Of a stretch of 64,000 bases of DNA, positions 24,201 through 36,786 are shown one piece after another; the stretch's first letter is position 1, and each line of letters starts with the position of its first letter. Both the position numbers and the translations under genes were made by a program. A model generated the notes under the pieces. It had not been told where the DNA came from. It did no database searches and saw only the letters and a program-made list of their open reading frames with translations. Source of the DNA: Felis catus (taxonomy: Eukaryota); the NCBI RefSeq assembly GCF_018350175.1, contig NC_058368.1, positions 182,778,001 through 182,842,000 of the forward strand, written 5' to 3'.

Positions 24201-25269
24201 ATTTATTCATTGTTGGAGGAATTAAGTATGTATCTCATACCAAATAATAAAATTAATTTTAGGTGGATTTAAAACTATTCATAGTAATTATTAGGTCATT
24301 AAAAATGAATAGGTGCTAAAGAAGAAAAAATAGAGAAGGTGACGTAGGAAACAAAACAGCCAAGTTTCTACTATAACATCAGGAAAGAGCCAAGAATCTG
24401 AAGGAGCTCTTTGGGTCTCTATCTTTGAATATCTTGGAGAAACAGGAACTGTGGCATGGGTGTAAGGGTGGATTTGAGTTGAGATAACAAGTCCAGCTAT
24501 ATATGGCACTTTTGGGTGATTATCATAGGCTGATATCACAGGCACTTATCATAGGCTGATTTGAAGTTACTTATCATAGAATATACAAAGCCTTATGTAA
24601 TGGAGAAAAGTTAAACTACCCTGAACAGAGGGTACTTTAAATAAATTTACACCAAGTATTTTGCATCTCGTTAAGACACAGGTGAGTTAAGCAAATATTC
24701 CAGGACATATTGTAAAGTGGTTACCCCAAAACTGTCCCTGAAATTAGAATCATCTATCGTTTTTCCAAAATGCCATGTATTATAGAGCATAATCACAATT
24801 ATTATATTTTGAACAAAACACATTTCCCAGCTAATACATTTGGCCTAAAATAAAGTCAATAAGTGAAAACTTTTGATACATTTATATGTCACCTGATATA
24901 ATTAAAAGAAAGAACCAAATATATGTAGAGTTGGCAATTTTTTATAGGGAAGTAACCACAATTAGACGTCTAGATACTGTCATTAATCCTTTTAGAGGCT
25001 TGATATAACTACTTAAGGATCATGGAAATAAATATACAGGACAAGAGAAGCAAGCACAGAAACAAGTAAATGAACTAACACCAATCCATACATTTTGTAA
25101 ATGGATATTTATGCATCATAATAAAACGCTAGGAACAGCAGCATGTGTAAATTAAAAAGGAGATCTATCTTAAAGAACTTGGGCAGCAGTGTAAATGAGG
25201 TGTTCAGGAAATGACTCAGAGGGCAGAAATTAGTGATGATAAAAGACAGTGGTAGAAAAGACACAAGTA

Positions 25270-25456
25270 GGGGCGCCTGGGTGGCTCAGTAGGTTGAGCT
25301 TCTGACTCTTGATTTAGCCTCCGGTCACGATCTCAGGATCAAGGGATTGAGCTCCATGTTGGGCTTCACACAGAGCATGGAGCCTGTTTAAGAGTCTCTT
25401 CTCTACTTCTGACCTTCACCCCACTTGTACTCTCTCTCCCCCACCCCCCAAAAAAA
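25270..25456 (+). mobile_element. CanSINE (older)
   Basis: GGGGCGCCTGGGTGGCTCAGTAGGTTGAGC head; degenerate TSD. Confidence 0.92.
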
Positions 25457-25864
25457 GGATACAGGTAAGGTTTTTTGAACCATTACTTGAAATGAGGAAT
25501 GAAAACACTACAGTATTTCCCAATATGTTAGTTATTTTTGGTAATGTTATTTTAATGTATAATTTGCCATGTGCATATCCATTTAATATTTTAAGTAGAG
25601 ATTTGACTACTTTAACTACATCCCCAAGAATTTACATATTCAATTGCCTAACACCCAAAAGCAAACACTGAAAATCCAGTAGAAAGAAACTCAGAGTATT
25701 TGTCTGATATTTGAGGGCATTAAGCCTTTCTAAAATTTGAGCTGAGAAAAGGTAATTCAAATAAACTAAACATCAACATAAGTGTATGTATAAAATTATA
25801 ATAAATAACAATAACTAATTAAAAAGGGAAACAGGAGGCTTCAGGTTTGGTAATAGTTGGGTTC

Positions 25865-25902
25865 TTTTTTTTTGTTTTTAATTTTTTTAATGTTTATTTA
25901 TT

Positions 25903-25937
<35 letters not shown>

Positions 25938-26105
25938 ACGTAAGCAAGGGAGGAGCAGAGAGAGAGGGAGACACAGAATCTGAAGCAGGCTTCAGCCTCT
26001 GAGCTGTCAGCACAGCTCCTGATGCAGGGCTCAAACTCACAAACTATGAGATCATGACCTGAGCTGAAGGCAGATGCTCAACCAAATGAGCCACACAGGT
26101 GCCCC
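25865..26105 (-). mobile_element. CanSINE
   Basis: Antisense; TSD AGTTGGGTTCT / AGTTGGCTTCT. Confidence 0.95.
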
Positions 26106-27233
26106 AGTTGGCTTCTTTATTTTGTTGCAAGTTACACAGAAATCTTTGTTTTGTGAAAATACATCAAGGTGTGTTGTTACTATGATTTGTGCTGTCTCTG
26201 TATGTATGCTTTATTAAATAATGGGGGATAAAGAGAAAAGTAATTCTAAAAGTGATAATAATGACATTAATATTGCTATATAATAATGGCTTTATATAAA
26301 TATAAGATAGCAATTATATATATAATATAGCAATATGTAATAGTAATAATTTTTAATGAAAAAGCAGATACAATTGAAAACTAAGATATTATAACAATTA
26401 AATCAGTAATATTTCTATTACATTCATATAATTTGATAACTATGATACTAAGACTTCCTCAAATAAGAAAAAAAAAATCCCAGAAGAAATATGTTTGAAT
26501 ACCACAATATTGGATATTTTCCACTTTGAAAGTAAAAAGGACTGTGAATTAAATACCAATAGATGTCATTTATAAATTTTCACGTCAGAAAAAGAAAATA
26601 AAGTTAATAATTATATCCAATGTTTGCTAAATTAGTTTGAAAATAATAGGTAATGTGTTCATATTCTACTTCCGGAAATATAAATTGCTGGAGTACTTTT
26701 GGAGAGTTAACCAACAAAACATTTATAGCTTTTGACCAATATTCCTACCCCTCAGAGTGTTGTAAAAATATTTCAAAATATAAATGATTATATTTACTAA
26801 CATGTTTATTCTAGCATTTCAAAGTGTGTCAAAAGCAGAAATATAAATGTTAAAAATAAAAAACATTTTAAGAAACATCTATTTAATGAAGTAAAGTGAA
26901 ATGATTAATACTATACACACCAACATTACATAATTTTGCATTTATATGTATAATTTTGTAATATATGGACAAAGATGATAAATAAAAATTATTTACTTTT
27001 AAAGTATGATGGATTGGAAAATTTAGTTTAACTTAAAATTTAACTCCTTATAGAATTTCCAACAGTTGGTATAATGCTGATTTTCTACTAACAACTGTAA
27101 ATAAACTCAATATAAATTTATAATCAACATGGGAAATACTAGTTTTAGTGAGATGTGTTTTGGATTTGGTTTGTTTTCTTCAAATAACATATTTTATTAT
27201 TTTTTTTCATAGTAGCTGGACAGATTCATTTAG

Positions 27234-27279
27234 CAGGATGTATGAGACCTCAATTTTATTATTCTTGGAAATTACTTTA
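27234..27279 (+). repeat. 46-bp dispersed duplication, copy 1
   Basis: 44/46 identical to 28848-28893. Confidence 0.95.
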
Positions 27280-27289
27280 TGCCACATAT

Positions 27290-27790
27290 TTTATCACTTA
27301 ACAATATATCTAGAAAATATCTCTATTTCCTATAGACACATATGTGTATGTGTATATAGATTTTACTTAACCACAACATAAATATTCCACAGTACAGATT
27401 TAGTACTATTCATTCAGTAAAATGGTTATGAACACTAGAATGTTTTTAACTCATCTTGCAAAACAAAACTATAATCAAAGTCTTTGTTTATGACTTCTTA
27501 TGAACAAATTATAATAAATAAATTTTGCCTTTCCAGGCAAAATACTAAGACTTCCATTGTTGGGTTATCAGCAGTTTCCGTATTAAGAGTTAATGAGTGT
27601 TTTCCTTCCACAGGCAGCACTCTCTTGAGCAAAAGGACAATTTGCATTCAACAAGCTTATTGGTACTTAATTTCATCAATCTGTTTTTTTTGTGTTTTCC
27701 TAATCTGATGAGTAAATAAAAATCTCATTGTTTTAATTTGCATTTTTCTGATTACTTTTAAGATTACATATGTGTATTTTATATGAATAT
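27290..27790 (-). mobile_element. Ancient antisense L1 fragment
   Basis: CTAATCTGATGAGTAAATAAAATCTCATTGTTTTAATTTGCATTTTCTGATTACT. Confidence 0.65.
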
Positions 27791-28088
27791 TTCTCAGTTG
27801 CATCTATCCTGTTCTATCTATTCTATGTATCTATGTTTTTTACTGTTGTAAAGCATACATAAAATTTACCATTTTGCATTTTAAGTGTACAGTTTGAGGG
27901 CATTGAGTACATTTGCACTGTTGGCAATCATCACCACTACTTGCCTCTGCAGTTTTTTTTAATTTCCCAAATTGAAACCTCAGAGCCTATCAACAAGGAC
28001 TCACTCTCCATCCTTACTCCGCTCCCTTCCCCACCCCTGACAATTACCCTTCTACTTTGTTTCTATAAATTTTACTATCCTGGGTACC

Positions 28089-28230
28089 TGAGTAGGAAAA
28101 ACCTACACTACCCTTGTGTTGCTCCATTACTCACACTGCTACCAAACTCACAATGCTTCTGACACCAGACACGTGGGGATTTTCTTCAACAAGCATCTTT
28201 CCATGATATCAGCAGAGTATCCTACAATTT
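28089..28230. mobile_element. MER21-like LTR fragment
   Basis: CTTCTGACACCAGACACGTGGGGATTTTC...CAGCAGAGTATCCTACAATT resembles one end of MER21. Confidence 0.65.
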
Positions 28231-28299
28231 GGGTTTTGGTTTGTTGTTGTTGTGTTGTGGGGTTCTTTAAATATTCTGGATATTAATTCTGTAAGCTGT

Positions 28300-28303
<4 letters not shown>

Positions 28304-28340
<37 letters not shown>
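28304..28340 (+). repeat. (TG)n microsatellite
   Basis: Directly visible. Confidence 0.97.
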
Positions 28341-28342
<2 letters not shown>

Positions 28343-28847
28343 CACATTTTTGATAGTGTCCTTTAATGCACAAAAGGTTTTATTTTGAAGTCCAACTTAT
28401 CTAAATTTTATTTTTGTTGTCTGTGTTTCTAGTTCCATATCCAAAAAAAAACTGTTGCCAAATCCAATGTCTTGAAGCTTTCTCCCTATGTTTTCTTCAA
28501 AGAATTTATAGTTTTAATCTTATTTTTAGATCTTTGATTCATTTTGACTTTATTTTTGCAAAGGGTATAAGGTATGGGTCCAACTTCATTATTTTATATG
28601 TGAATATCCAGTTTTCCCAACATCATTTGTTGGAAAACAACAACAACAACAACAAACAACAACAACAAAAGAAAGAAAAACGTCCTTTCCACAGTGAATG
28701 TTCTTGGCACCTTGGTCAAAAATCATTTCAGTTATGGATGACAGCTTATTACTGGGCTATTTTATTCTATAGATCTATATATCTGTCTGTCTTTATGCCA
28801 GTACCACACTGTTTTCATTACTACAGCTTTGTAGTAAGTTTTGAAAT

Positions 28848-28893
28848 CAGGATGTGTGAGACCTCAACTTTATTATTCTTGGAAATTACTTTA
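28848..28893 (+). repeat. 46-bp dispersed duplication, copy 2
   Basis: 44/46 identical to 27234-27279; lies at the truncated end of the L1. Confidence 0.95.
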
Positions 28894-31599
28894 AACTTCA
28901 TATTTCATTTATGTGTGTTACTGGATTATAAATGTCTTGAAGTCTTCAACTGTCTAGTTTTTAACAGTGACTTGAACACATCAGATTCCTTGCAAGTGGT
29001 TGGCAAGTGACTAACTTATTAGCATTCATGGATCTAATTTCTAATTTAATTCTTGTTACATTTTACCTTAATTCCACATCTCTATTTTCCTTTCTATCTC
29101 TGTTCTTTAACAAAAATGCCTTGATTTTATATTTTACAAAATTTTTCAGCTAATTTAAGAACAGTGATCAAGTTGTGTTATTTTATGATGTTAACATTCA
29201 TTTTAAAAAGTCATTGCCATCATAAATTAAGACATATTATACTAATATATATTATCATCTGAGGAACAAAACTGAATTATTGACAGTGATATTAGGAAAA
29301 CGGTAGGCTCAAATAAATTAGAACTTTAAGTTACAAAGTTAAAATCCCTGGCAGGGAGGAGTTAAAATATATAAGGAAAGAAGGAAGAGAATATTTTTAG
29401 CTGAGTTTTAAAGAGAATTAATGAAATGGAGAGTACTGGAAGGCTGTTCTAGATGGCAGATGGCCGATGGCAGGAACTGCAGAGCTGTCCTGATGCAGTC
29501 CTGGCTGTGACATTAGTTGAAGAAGTTGGGACTGGAGTAGAAGCTTAGAAAAAGGAGTGATTCCTGGATTTGAAGTGATTTCCAAAGTGAATCTGTGAGA
29601 GTTATATAAAATTCTATCACGTTATCAATAAAAAGGAAAACCCTCTCGATATATCCTCAGATGGAAAACAGTTATCAAAAAACCTAAAGGGATATTATGT
29701 CAGAAATGATAAAATATTAGTACCTGACTGTATGATATGCTTACTAGTTGGGGGGGGGGGTGGTGCAGGGCTAATGACATTCTAAGTATTTCCTTGTCAG
29801 CTAGAAAATGGCAGAGGTCAACTGGCATCCAGGTCAGCCTGATTCAAAAGGCAGTCAGTGCTCTTGACCTCTCTCCTCAACTGTTTCCCTTCAGCTATTT
29901 GATAACAGTGCACCAAAGAAAACAGCAAGGACTCTTTCCCTATATCCTTATTTTCCATTTTTTCTTTAATTTTTTTAAAGACTCGCCTTTATTTAAAGAC
30001 TCGCCTTTTTTTAAAGACTTGCCTCATGAGTCTACATAGGGAACATATAGAAATAAGAATAAAAGACAAAAATATTTTATCATACATGCATGCTTTAGGA
30101 CAATGTAGCTGAAAAGAACATCCTAGCACAGCTTTTGTTTTGTTTTTGTGTTTTGCCTTCAAGAATTCATTTCAAAATGGGCATTTTTACAGCAAGATTT
30201 TGTTCTTATATAGAACCAAAAAGTAATTTTTTTTCCTATTCAATAGCCTATCTCAAAAGTTATTTTTCTCTGAATATGAATTTATGTACTTATTATTAGG
30301 AAATAATTTCAAGAGTAATGATCATTCTGGGGTAGCCTAGTGTTATAGTTATCACTTCTGAGTCCCTCCTTCCCCAATTAGACAACGGTTTGCCTCGCTA
30401 GGTATGTGTAACAATCATTAAGAGCTGTCAATGTACAGGGCACTCTACTCATTGCTGGGAGAGTACAATATCTAAGAATAATTCCTGACCTTATGGTTTA
30501 GTTGAGAACATGAGACATAAATAAAGTTAAATTGATAAATGTATGGTGCAAATGATAAATGGTTTGAATCTTGAGTGGAGAAAAATTACTGTGAAATTTT
30601 TCTGTCTGATGCTTAAAATTTGGAAAAGCTTCTCTTTGTGTGCGTATGTGTATATGAGCATTTGGTGATAAATTATATATTTCACTAAGGATTTCAGCAG
30701 CTATGTGTACTCAATACTTACATGTAACTGACAACAAGTACTGGGAATTCTAAACAACATATATGTCAGAACATGGACCTTTTTCATTGTTAAACTATGT
30801 CAGTTTTACTTTTGGTTTTCCTTCCTTAAATTTTGGAAAATATTCCTAACCTTAATTTCATAGCATAGACCAGATTTTATCTATTCGCATATGATATAAA
30901 CATAAGAAATAAAATGCATTTTATAGAAAAATAGCTTTGACTAGAAAATAAAAATATATTTCTATTAAATATTCACATGGATTTATACTAAGCTTATTTT
31001 CAAGTGGATTTTTCTACCTATGTGTTATATAATTATTTGTCATCTTTTACTGAATTCAGTTCCATTATAGAATTTCTCTAGGGTCTGTTAAGTCAGTATT
31101 CCTTTTTGTGTTTCATGACAGCCAAGATTGACATAGTGGAGGCCATTGCTTGATTAAAATAAATGGTAGTCAGTGTATTTAAAATCTCAATGTCAGCACG
31201 AGTACTTTTACAGATCTTGAAAAAATATATAATCTTCTCCCAAAGCAGAAAAATATAAAAATTTATTTACTTAAGGCATTCAGGTTTAGCAGATAGTTTT
31301 TAAAATAAAAGTTTCTAGCTCATACTCATTTCAGAATGGGAACAAGTTATAGTGTGTGTTAATATTATTCTAATGGCAGAGCAGACTGAGCAGGTCAAAA
31401 TGAAATCCTAGAGTCTATGTGATTTATTTGGCTATATCTTTAAAACAACCTCATACGACCTAATCCCACACCACTAAGTAGGGTCAGTATGAACAGAAAC
31501 CAAGGCATTAATCTTGGTATCAAGATCCAACTGGGAATTGACATCAACTAGACAGGTGTCCTTGAGAAAGTAACAATTGTGTCTCAGTTTTGGAATGAT

Positions 31600-32990
31600 C
31601 TTAATAGTCACATACATAATCCTTCTAAATCCTGGTTCGCAGTTCCTTGACCTCTCTTAAAATGAGTATTCTCTACCCCATAGCACACTGTGGTACTACT
31701 CAGTTTTGTTTTGTTTTTGTTTTTTTTTAAACCAGAAATGTTTCTCCATTACCACCATTTCAGGCATTCTACTGTCCAAACATCACCTCCTATATTTCAA
31801 GGTCTTCCTATTAACTCCCCAGCTTCAACTGTTGCTGTTGTGTCCTAGGACCTGAAGCCATTATTCTAGAATGAGTCCGCTCCAAGGTCTTTCATCCTTT
31901 AATATGCTAACTTCCATCCTTAGCCAATTTGAAGACCATGGTCCATTCCAGAGGTTCATGTCTCCAGTCTCAACTCTACCACTTTCCTTCCTACTACTTA
32001 TAATTGTCTGGAAATACCCAAATCCCAGTTCAACTGAATACTCTCCTTTGTCTACTCCTATCACAGGACAGATCAGTGAGGCTAGAGCAAACACAATGAT
32101 GTTGACCTTATGTTCCACTGAACACTAAGCATTATGATTTGTGATAGACCAAATTTTATATCACGATTCAAGGACATAAAACCAACAAGTTTCTCTTTTC
32201 TTTTAAACAATTTGATTTGCCCTCTTTACTACATCACTCTGATTAGCATACCCTATGTGATGATATCTGTGATTTTTTTTTAAATCACTTTATCGCTAAT
32301 TTTCATCTTATCACTCTAGCAAAACAAATTTTATGAAAGTCATGACATTCACATTGCTAAATTAAATAGGTAGTTCTCAGTTCTCCTTTTACTCAATATA
32401 TGAGTGGAATTTTGTAATGATGCTTATTCATCCCTTGAAATATTTCTTGCTTTGCCTTTGGGGACCTGACTCTTTAGCTCTCTTCCAAACACAAGGGCCA
32501 TCTCCTTTCACTGCCTTTTGTTATTTATCCTCATTTTCCTAGGCTCAGTTCTTATTTGTCTATAATCATTCTCTTTGGGATCTCATGCAGTCTTATGACT
32601 TTAAATATAATTTATGTCCTGGCAGCTCCCAAATTCATATCTCCACCCCATAGTTCCCCCCAAACTTGATTATTCCATTACCTGCTTACCATCTTCCTTT
32701 GGAAATCTCATTCTAAACCTATTTATTCCATAGAATCATTTAACAGTAAGTCTATCCTTCAATTGCTCAGATCAGAAACAGTGTCTTCACCTTCAACTCA
32801 TTTTTCCCCTCTCACAGCCCATATCCATTAACAATTTCTATTCATTCTACCTTCAAAATAAACCCCAGATTTGTTAACTTCCAACCATTTCCCCTGCTGT
32901 CATGGTAATTTGAGTCAGCATCACTTCCCCCCTGGATTATTGCCATAGCTTCTTAACTTGCCTCCTTGCCTCCATCTATATCCACCTGTA
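31600..32990 (+). mobile_element. L2 fragment(s)
   Basis: CT-rich; CATTGCTAAATTAAATAGGTAGTTCTCAGTTCTC, CTCCCAAATTCATATCTCCACCCC, CCTGGATTATTGCCATAGCTTCTTAACTTGCCTCC match L2 ORF2 remnants. Confidence 0.7.
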
Positions 32991-33329
32991 AGGTATACAA
33001 AACAAAGCAGCAAATATTGTAAAGTTTGAGTCATAATTTTTACATGAGAAGTATAAAGGCAAGTTAAAATTAAAAGATAAACCCATTTTTTACCTCTTAA
33101 ATTACAGTCTAGCTGTCTCTTAAACATTGGACAACCACCCCTGAAAATATAGCCTGAATCTACTCAGCCAAACTATTTTTTTCTCTGTGAAACTCATCGT
33201 ATCTTGATACCACAGCCGAATAATACTTCTGAGATTGCCCATTGTAATTACTAACTGTTAATATATAAATCTTAAAACTGTGTATGTATAACAGTGTCAA
33301 GAAAATTGTATTTAAAATACAAGTGCTTT

Positions 33330-33541
33330 GGGGCGCCTGGGTGGCTCAGTCGGTTAAGCGTCCGACTTCGGCCAGGTCACGATCTCGCGGTCCGGGAGTT
33401 CGAGCCCCGCGTCGGGCTCTGGGCTGATGGCTCAGAGGCTGGAGCCTGCTTCCGATTCTGTGTCTCCCTCTCTCTCTGACCCTCCCCCGTTCATGCTCTG
33501 TCTCTCTCTGTCTCAAAAATAAATAAACGTTAAAAATACAA
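33330..33541 (+). mobile_element. Young felid CanSINE with perfect 16-bp TSD
   Basis: CpG-intact; TSD AAAATACAAGTGCTTT at 33314-33329 and 33542-33557. Confidence 0.98.
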
Positions 33542-34254
33542 AAAATACAAGTGCTTTGTGTTTACCATTTAACTATACATTTAAAAATAACCTAATGGTT
33601 GCTCTATACCTCTTGAGTGAGTTACACTACATGCTGAATAAGAGAGGCAGGTTTTCCCCTGTTCCTTAAGGCCCCCACTGCTGGATAATACCTTGTTTTT
33701 GTGATTTTGCCTTAGTTTGAGTAGTAGGCAAATAATTCTTCTATTCCATTTGGCATTCCAAATGAAATAGTGTGAATCTTCCTTAAACTGCCTCTTGCCT
33801 TCAGTTATATCTGCATAACATTGCCCAAAACTTGCTTCAGCCCTCTTATTCCAGATCTCTATGTGCTTTACCAACTGTCTTTAAAGAGTTCACATTCCAT
33901 GTAACCCCAGTTGTTTCGCATGGGGTTGCCTACAGTTTCCTGAAGGATTTGTCTATCATGCATTTTTTCTCAAAGAATCCTCATTCTTTTTTCACTCCTT
34001 TCAATTTTCTTCTTTTTTCCAGTCTTTGCTCTTCAACCAAGTAAGCCTGACTTTATCAAAATTCTGTTGTTTTTTTCCCCTAGTCTCTACCCCCAACCCT
34101 CTTCAGTTAATCTCCCTATTCTCTTTGCCTGCCATCAACCACACTTTCAAGTATAACCCAAAATGGTGAAGGGCTAAGAAGCATAAGTAGATACAGGTCA
34201 TATAAATTAAGGAACCGGATTCAAGGAAAATAAATTTGCACTTTTTTTTTTTTA

Positions 34255-34615
34255 ACTCTGGGCCTTTCAATTGTTTCTTTTGCCCAAAATGCTTTTTTTG
34301 TTAGCTCTTCTCTTGCTCACTCTTATTCTTTAGATCAGCACAAATATCATCTCCTCAGAGAACCTTTTACTGGTCACTCTATCTCAAGTTATTCTATTTT
34401 ATTACTCAGTGTATTGATTTCCTGTGTAACACTTACCAAAATATATAAGCATATTGCTTATCTATTTGACTTCTTTATTATTCTCTATCTCCCCCACTAG
34501 ACTGTCATTTCCTAGAGAAATGGGATCTTGCTTGTCTTTTTAACCCTCTCCCCATTGCATTCAAGTCTAATTCAGACGAGCACTAATTACTCAATAAACA
34601 TTTATTGATTAAATT
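34255..34615 (+). mobile_element. L2 3' end
   Basis: CTCTATCTCCCCCACTAGACTGTCA...TACTCAATAAACATTTATTGATTAAAT. Confidence 0.7.
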
Positions 34616-34729
34616 AGTTGATTTTGTTTTCCTTTTTCTCTTATGACCATACATACCACCTCAATCTCATCATTCAAAACATTATTTTTTTTCTTAGCAT
34701 TTGGAGATATGTTTCTATTCTTTTAAAAT

Positions 34730-35173
34730 TATTTTTAATTTTGGTAAAATAAACAAAATGCACCATCTTAAACATTTTAAGCGTACAGTTTTGTGGTATT
34801 AAATACATTTCATAATGGTGTGTAACCATCACCACCATCCATCTCTATGACTTTTTTCATCTTGCTGAAACTCTACACTTACTAAACTATAAAACCTCAT
34901 CCTTCTCTCCTAGCTTCTGGCAACCAATATTCTTGCTGTCTATGATTTTAACTACTCTAGGTATCTTATCAGAGTGGAGGCATACCATATTGGTGTTTGT
35001 TTGTTTGTTTTTGTGACAGCCTTGTCCCACTTAACATGGAGTCCTCAAGGCTCATCTTGTTATAGAATATATTGAACTTACCTTTCTTTTTAAAGCTGAA
35101 AAATATTCCATGGCATATAGCCATATATACCACATTTTGCTTATTCCTTCATCCATCAGTAGACACTTGGGTT
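34730..35173 (-). mobile_element. L1MB-like 3' end (antisense), left part
   Basis: CACCATCTTAAACATTTTAAGCGTACAG...CATCCATCAGTAGACACTTGGGTT. Confidence 0.88.
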
Positions 35174-35562
35174 TGTTAAAAACAAGATGAAATATGCCTC
35201 CTAAATGGAGTTGCTTATGCAAGCCTTACAACATCAAACCAAGACTTAATGACAGTTTCAACTTTTCCAAAAATGCAATCTTAAACCAGTCAATCAGCAA
35301 TTGCCTGATCAACACTAGTTAGGTACTGTGCCAAATACACCCCTGCCATCCCCTAAAACTAACTTTGCAATATCCAAACCACTTTTTTATGTAGTATAAC
35401 TTCCTTATTTCTGCTCCCTTTTGCCTATAAAAACATCTTTCACTGTATACAGCTCCTTAGAGCTCTTTTCATTCTGCTAGAATGGATGTTGCTTGACTCA
35501 AATCAATTTTTGCTCAAATAAAGTCTTAAGAACTTTAACATGCCTCAGTTTATCTTTTCTCA
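35174..35562 (+). mobile_element. ERV1-class 5' LTR
   Basis: Starts TGTTAAAA, ends TTTTCTCA; TATA box CCTATAAAAA near 35425; AATAAA near 35517; followed by a PBS-like sequence. Confidence 0.8.
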
Positions 35563-36786
35563 ATTCTGATGTCAGAAAAGGAAACCAAAGCAGACCCTAA
35601 AGGACAACCCCAAGGAACAATTAGCAACCAGCCATTCATACCCGTTGAGCCTCTTGAGCTCACTACTTTCTTACTAACTTCATAGGTAAGTTTCTCTGGG
35701 ATCCTAGTTCTGGAGCTTTTGCCATGTGAGCTTTCAAACTTTACTTGAGCATTTCTTTTCCTGTACTGGAAACCTGCTGGAGTCAGACTAGATCCAATTT
35801 AGAAACTGGACCTGATCTAAGTCAGACTGGATCCAACTTAGCAAAGTTAGACTGGGTCTGACTTAAGCTGGATTGGGTCCAGTGCAAGGCCTTGGGTGAA
35901 AAAATTTTGTTTCATGGCTAAAAAGGTAGGTAGCCTTACCAAAGATAATATTGAATTACAGTGGCTACAGTGGAGAAATTTTAATCTAGATAAGCTTATC
36001 CATTTATGAGGTGCCCCAGAGAAAAAAGGAGTCTCAGCCAAGCACTCATCATAAAGGGTAGAGGAAAAGTTATCTTTTTCTTCTCTACAGGTTTTAGTGA
36101 CCAGGACGAGACCCTGTAGAACACCCCATTCACTACAGAACCTAGATGGAATCCTGGTAAAACTGGCAGAAGTCAGCAAAGGGTGAAAATTCTAATTAAA
36201 GTCAGCCCTCTCACGTCTCTCTCTGTTGTGTCTGTTCAAATGAACAAGGTAAATTTTACGTTATCCTTTACTTTCCAAGTTCAGATTATCAGGCAAATAA
36301 ATAATAAAAAATACAAAATACAAACGAACAAAAAACATACTTAAGTATTAGATCTTTGAATTCTGACTCATGATTTTGCCTTTGGGTCTCCATTGGTCAT
36401 TGATCCCTCCTCTCCCAGGACAGTTATTGCCTTATTGCCTGTCATGAGAACTTGACTTGGCAACTGTCAGGTTAGGGAACCAAAGATATGGTTCAACAGA
36501 AATGTCAATTGTACCCTATTTGCTGCTAGATATGGTTGGACAGAAATGGAGATTATACTCCATTTGCAGCTATGGTCCCTCTCACTGTTGCCAACTTGCA
36601 AAGGAATTTTCTGACTCTTTCTTTCTTATGGTTTTCTTTGGGAGTGTCTCTGGATCTTGAGAGGGTACTATTTTTTGCACTGTTTAAGAATGTCTCTTAT
36701 GTCCAAGTGATTACTCAATTCTGCCAGAAATATTTACTGTTTGTCTCAGCTGGAACCTGACAACATATTTAAAAGGATTTTTCACC
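35563..36786 (+). mobile_element. ERV1-class internal region (leader and gag remnant), 3' truncated
   Basis: TGATGTCAGAA PBS-like; splice donor TAG|GTAAGT near 35685; TKDNIELQWLQWRNFNLDKLIHL*GA at about 35938-36015 resembles class I ERV gag matrix. Confidence 0.7.

Larger units (their letters stand above)
24750..26950 (+). mobile_element. Patchy ancient L1 remnants (with two nested SINEs)
   Basis: A-rich; e.g. TCATATTCTACTTCCGGAAATATAAATTGCTGGAGTACTTTTGGAGAG. Confidence 0.45.
27838..28890 (-). mobile_element. L1MB-like element, antisense, internally deleted, with LTR fragment inside
   Basis: CATAAAATTTACCATTTTGCATTTTAAGTGTACAG 3' end; GAATATCCAGTTTTCCCAACATCATTTGTTG and TTTATGCCAGTACCACACTGTTTT ORF2 motifs. 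Confidence 0.88.

Noticed and set aside
28163..28174. CTTCTGACACCA matching the tRNA-Leu 3' end
   Set aside because: Lies inside the MER21-like fragment; not a tRNA gene
28414..29010. 198-aa ORF
   Set aside because: Antisense frame of a decayed L1 ORF2 with a non-ATG start
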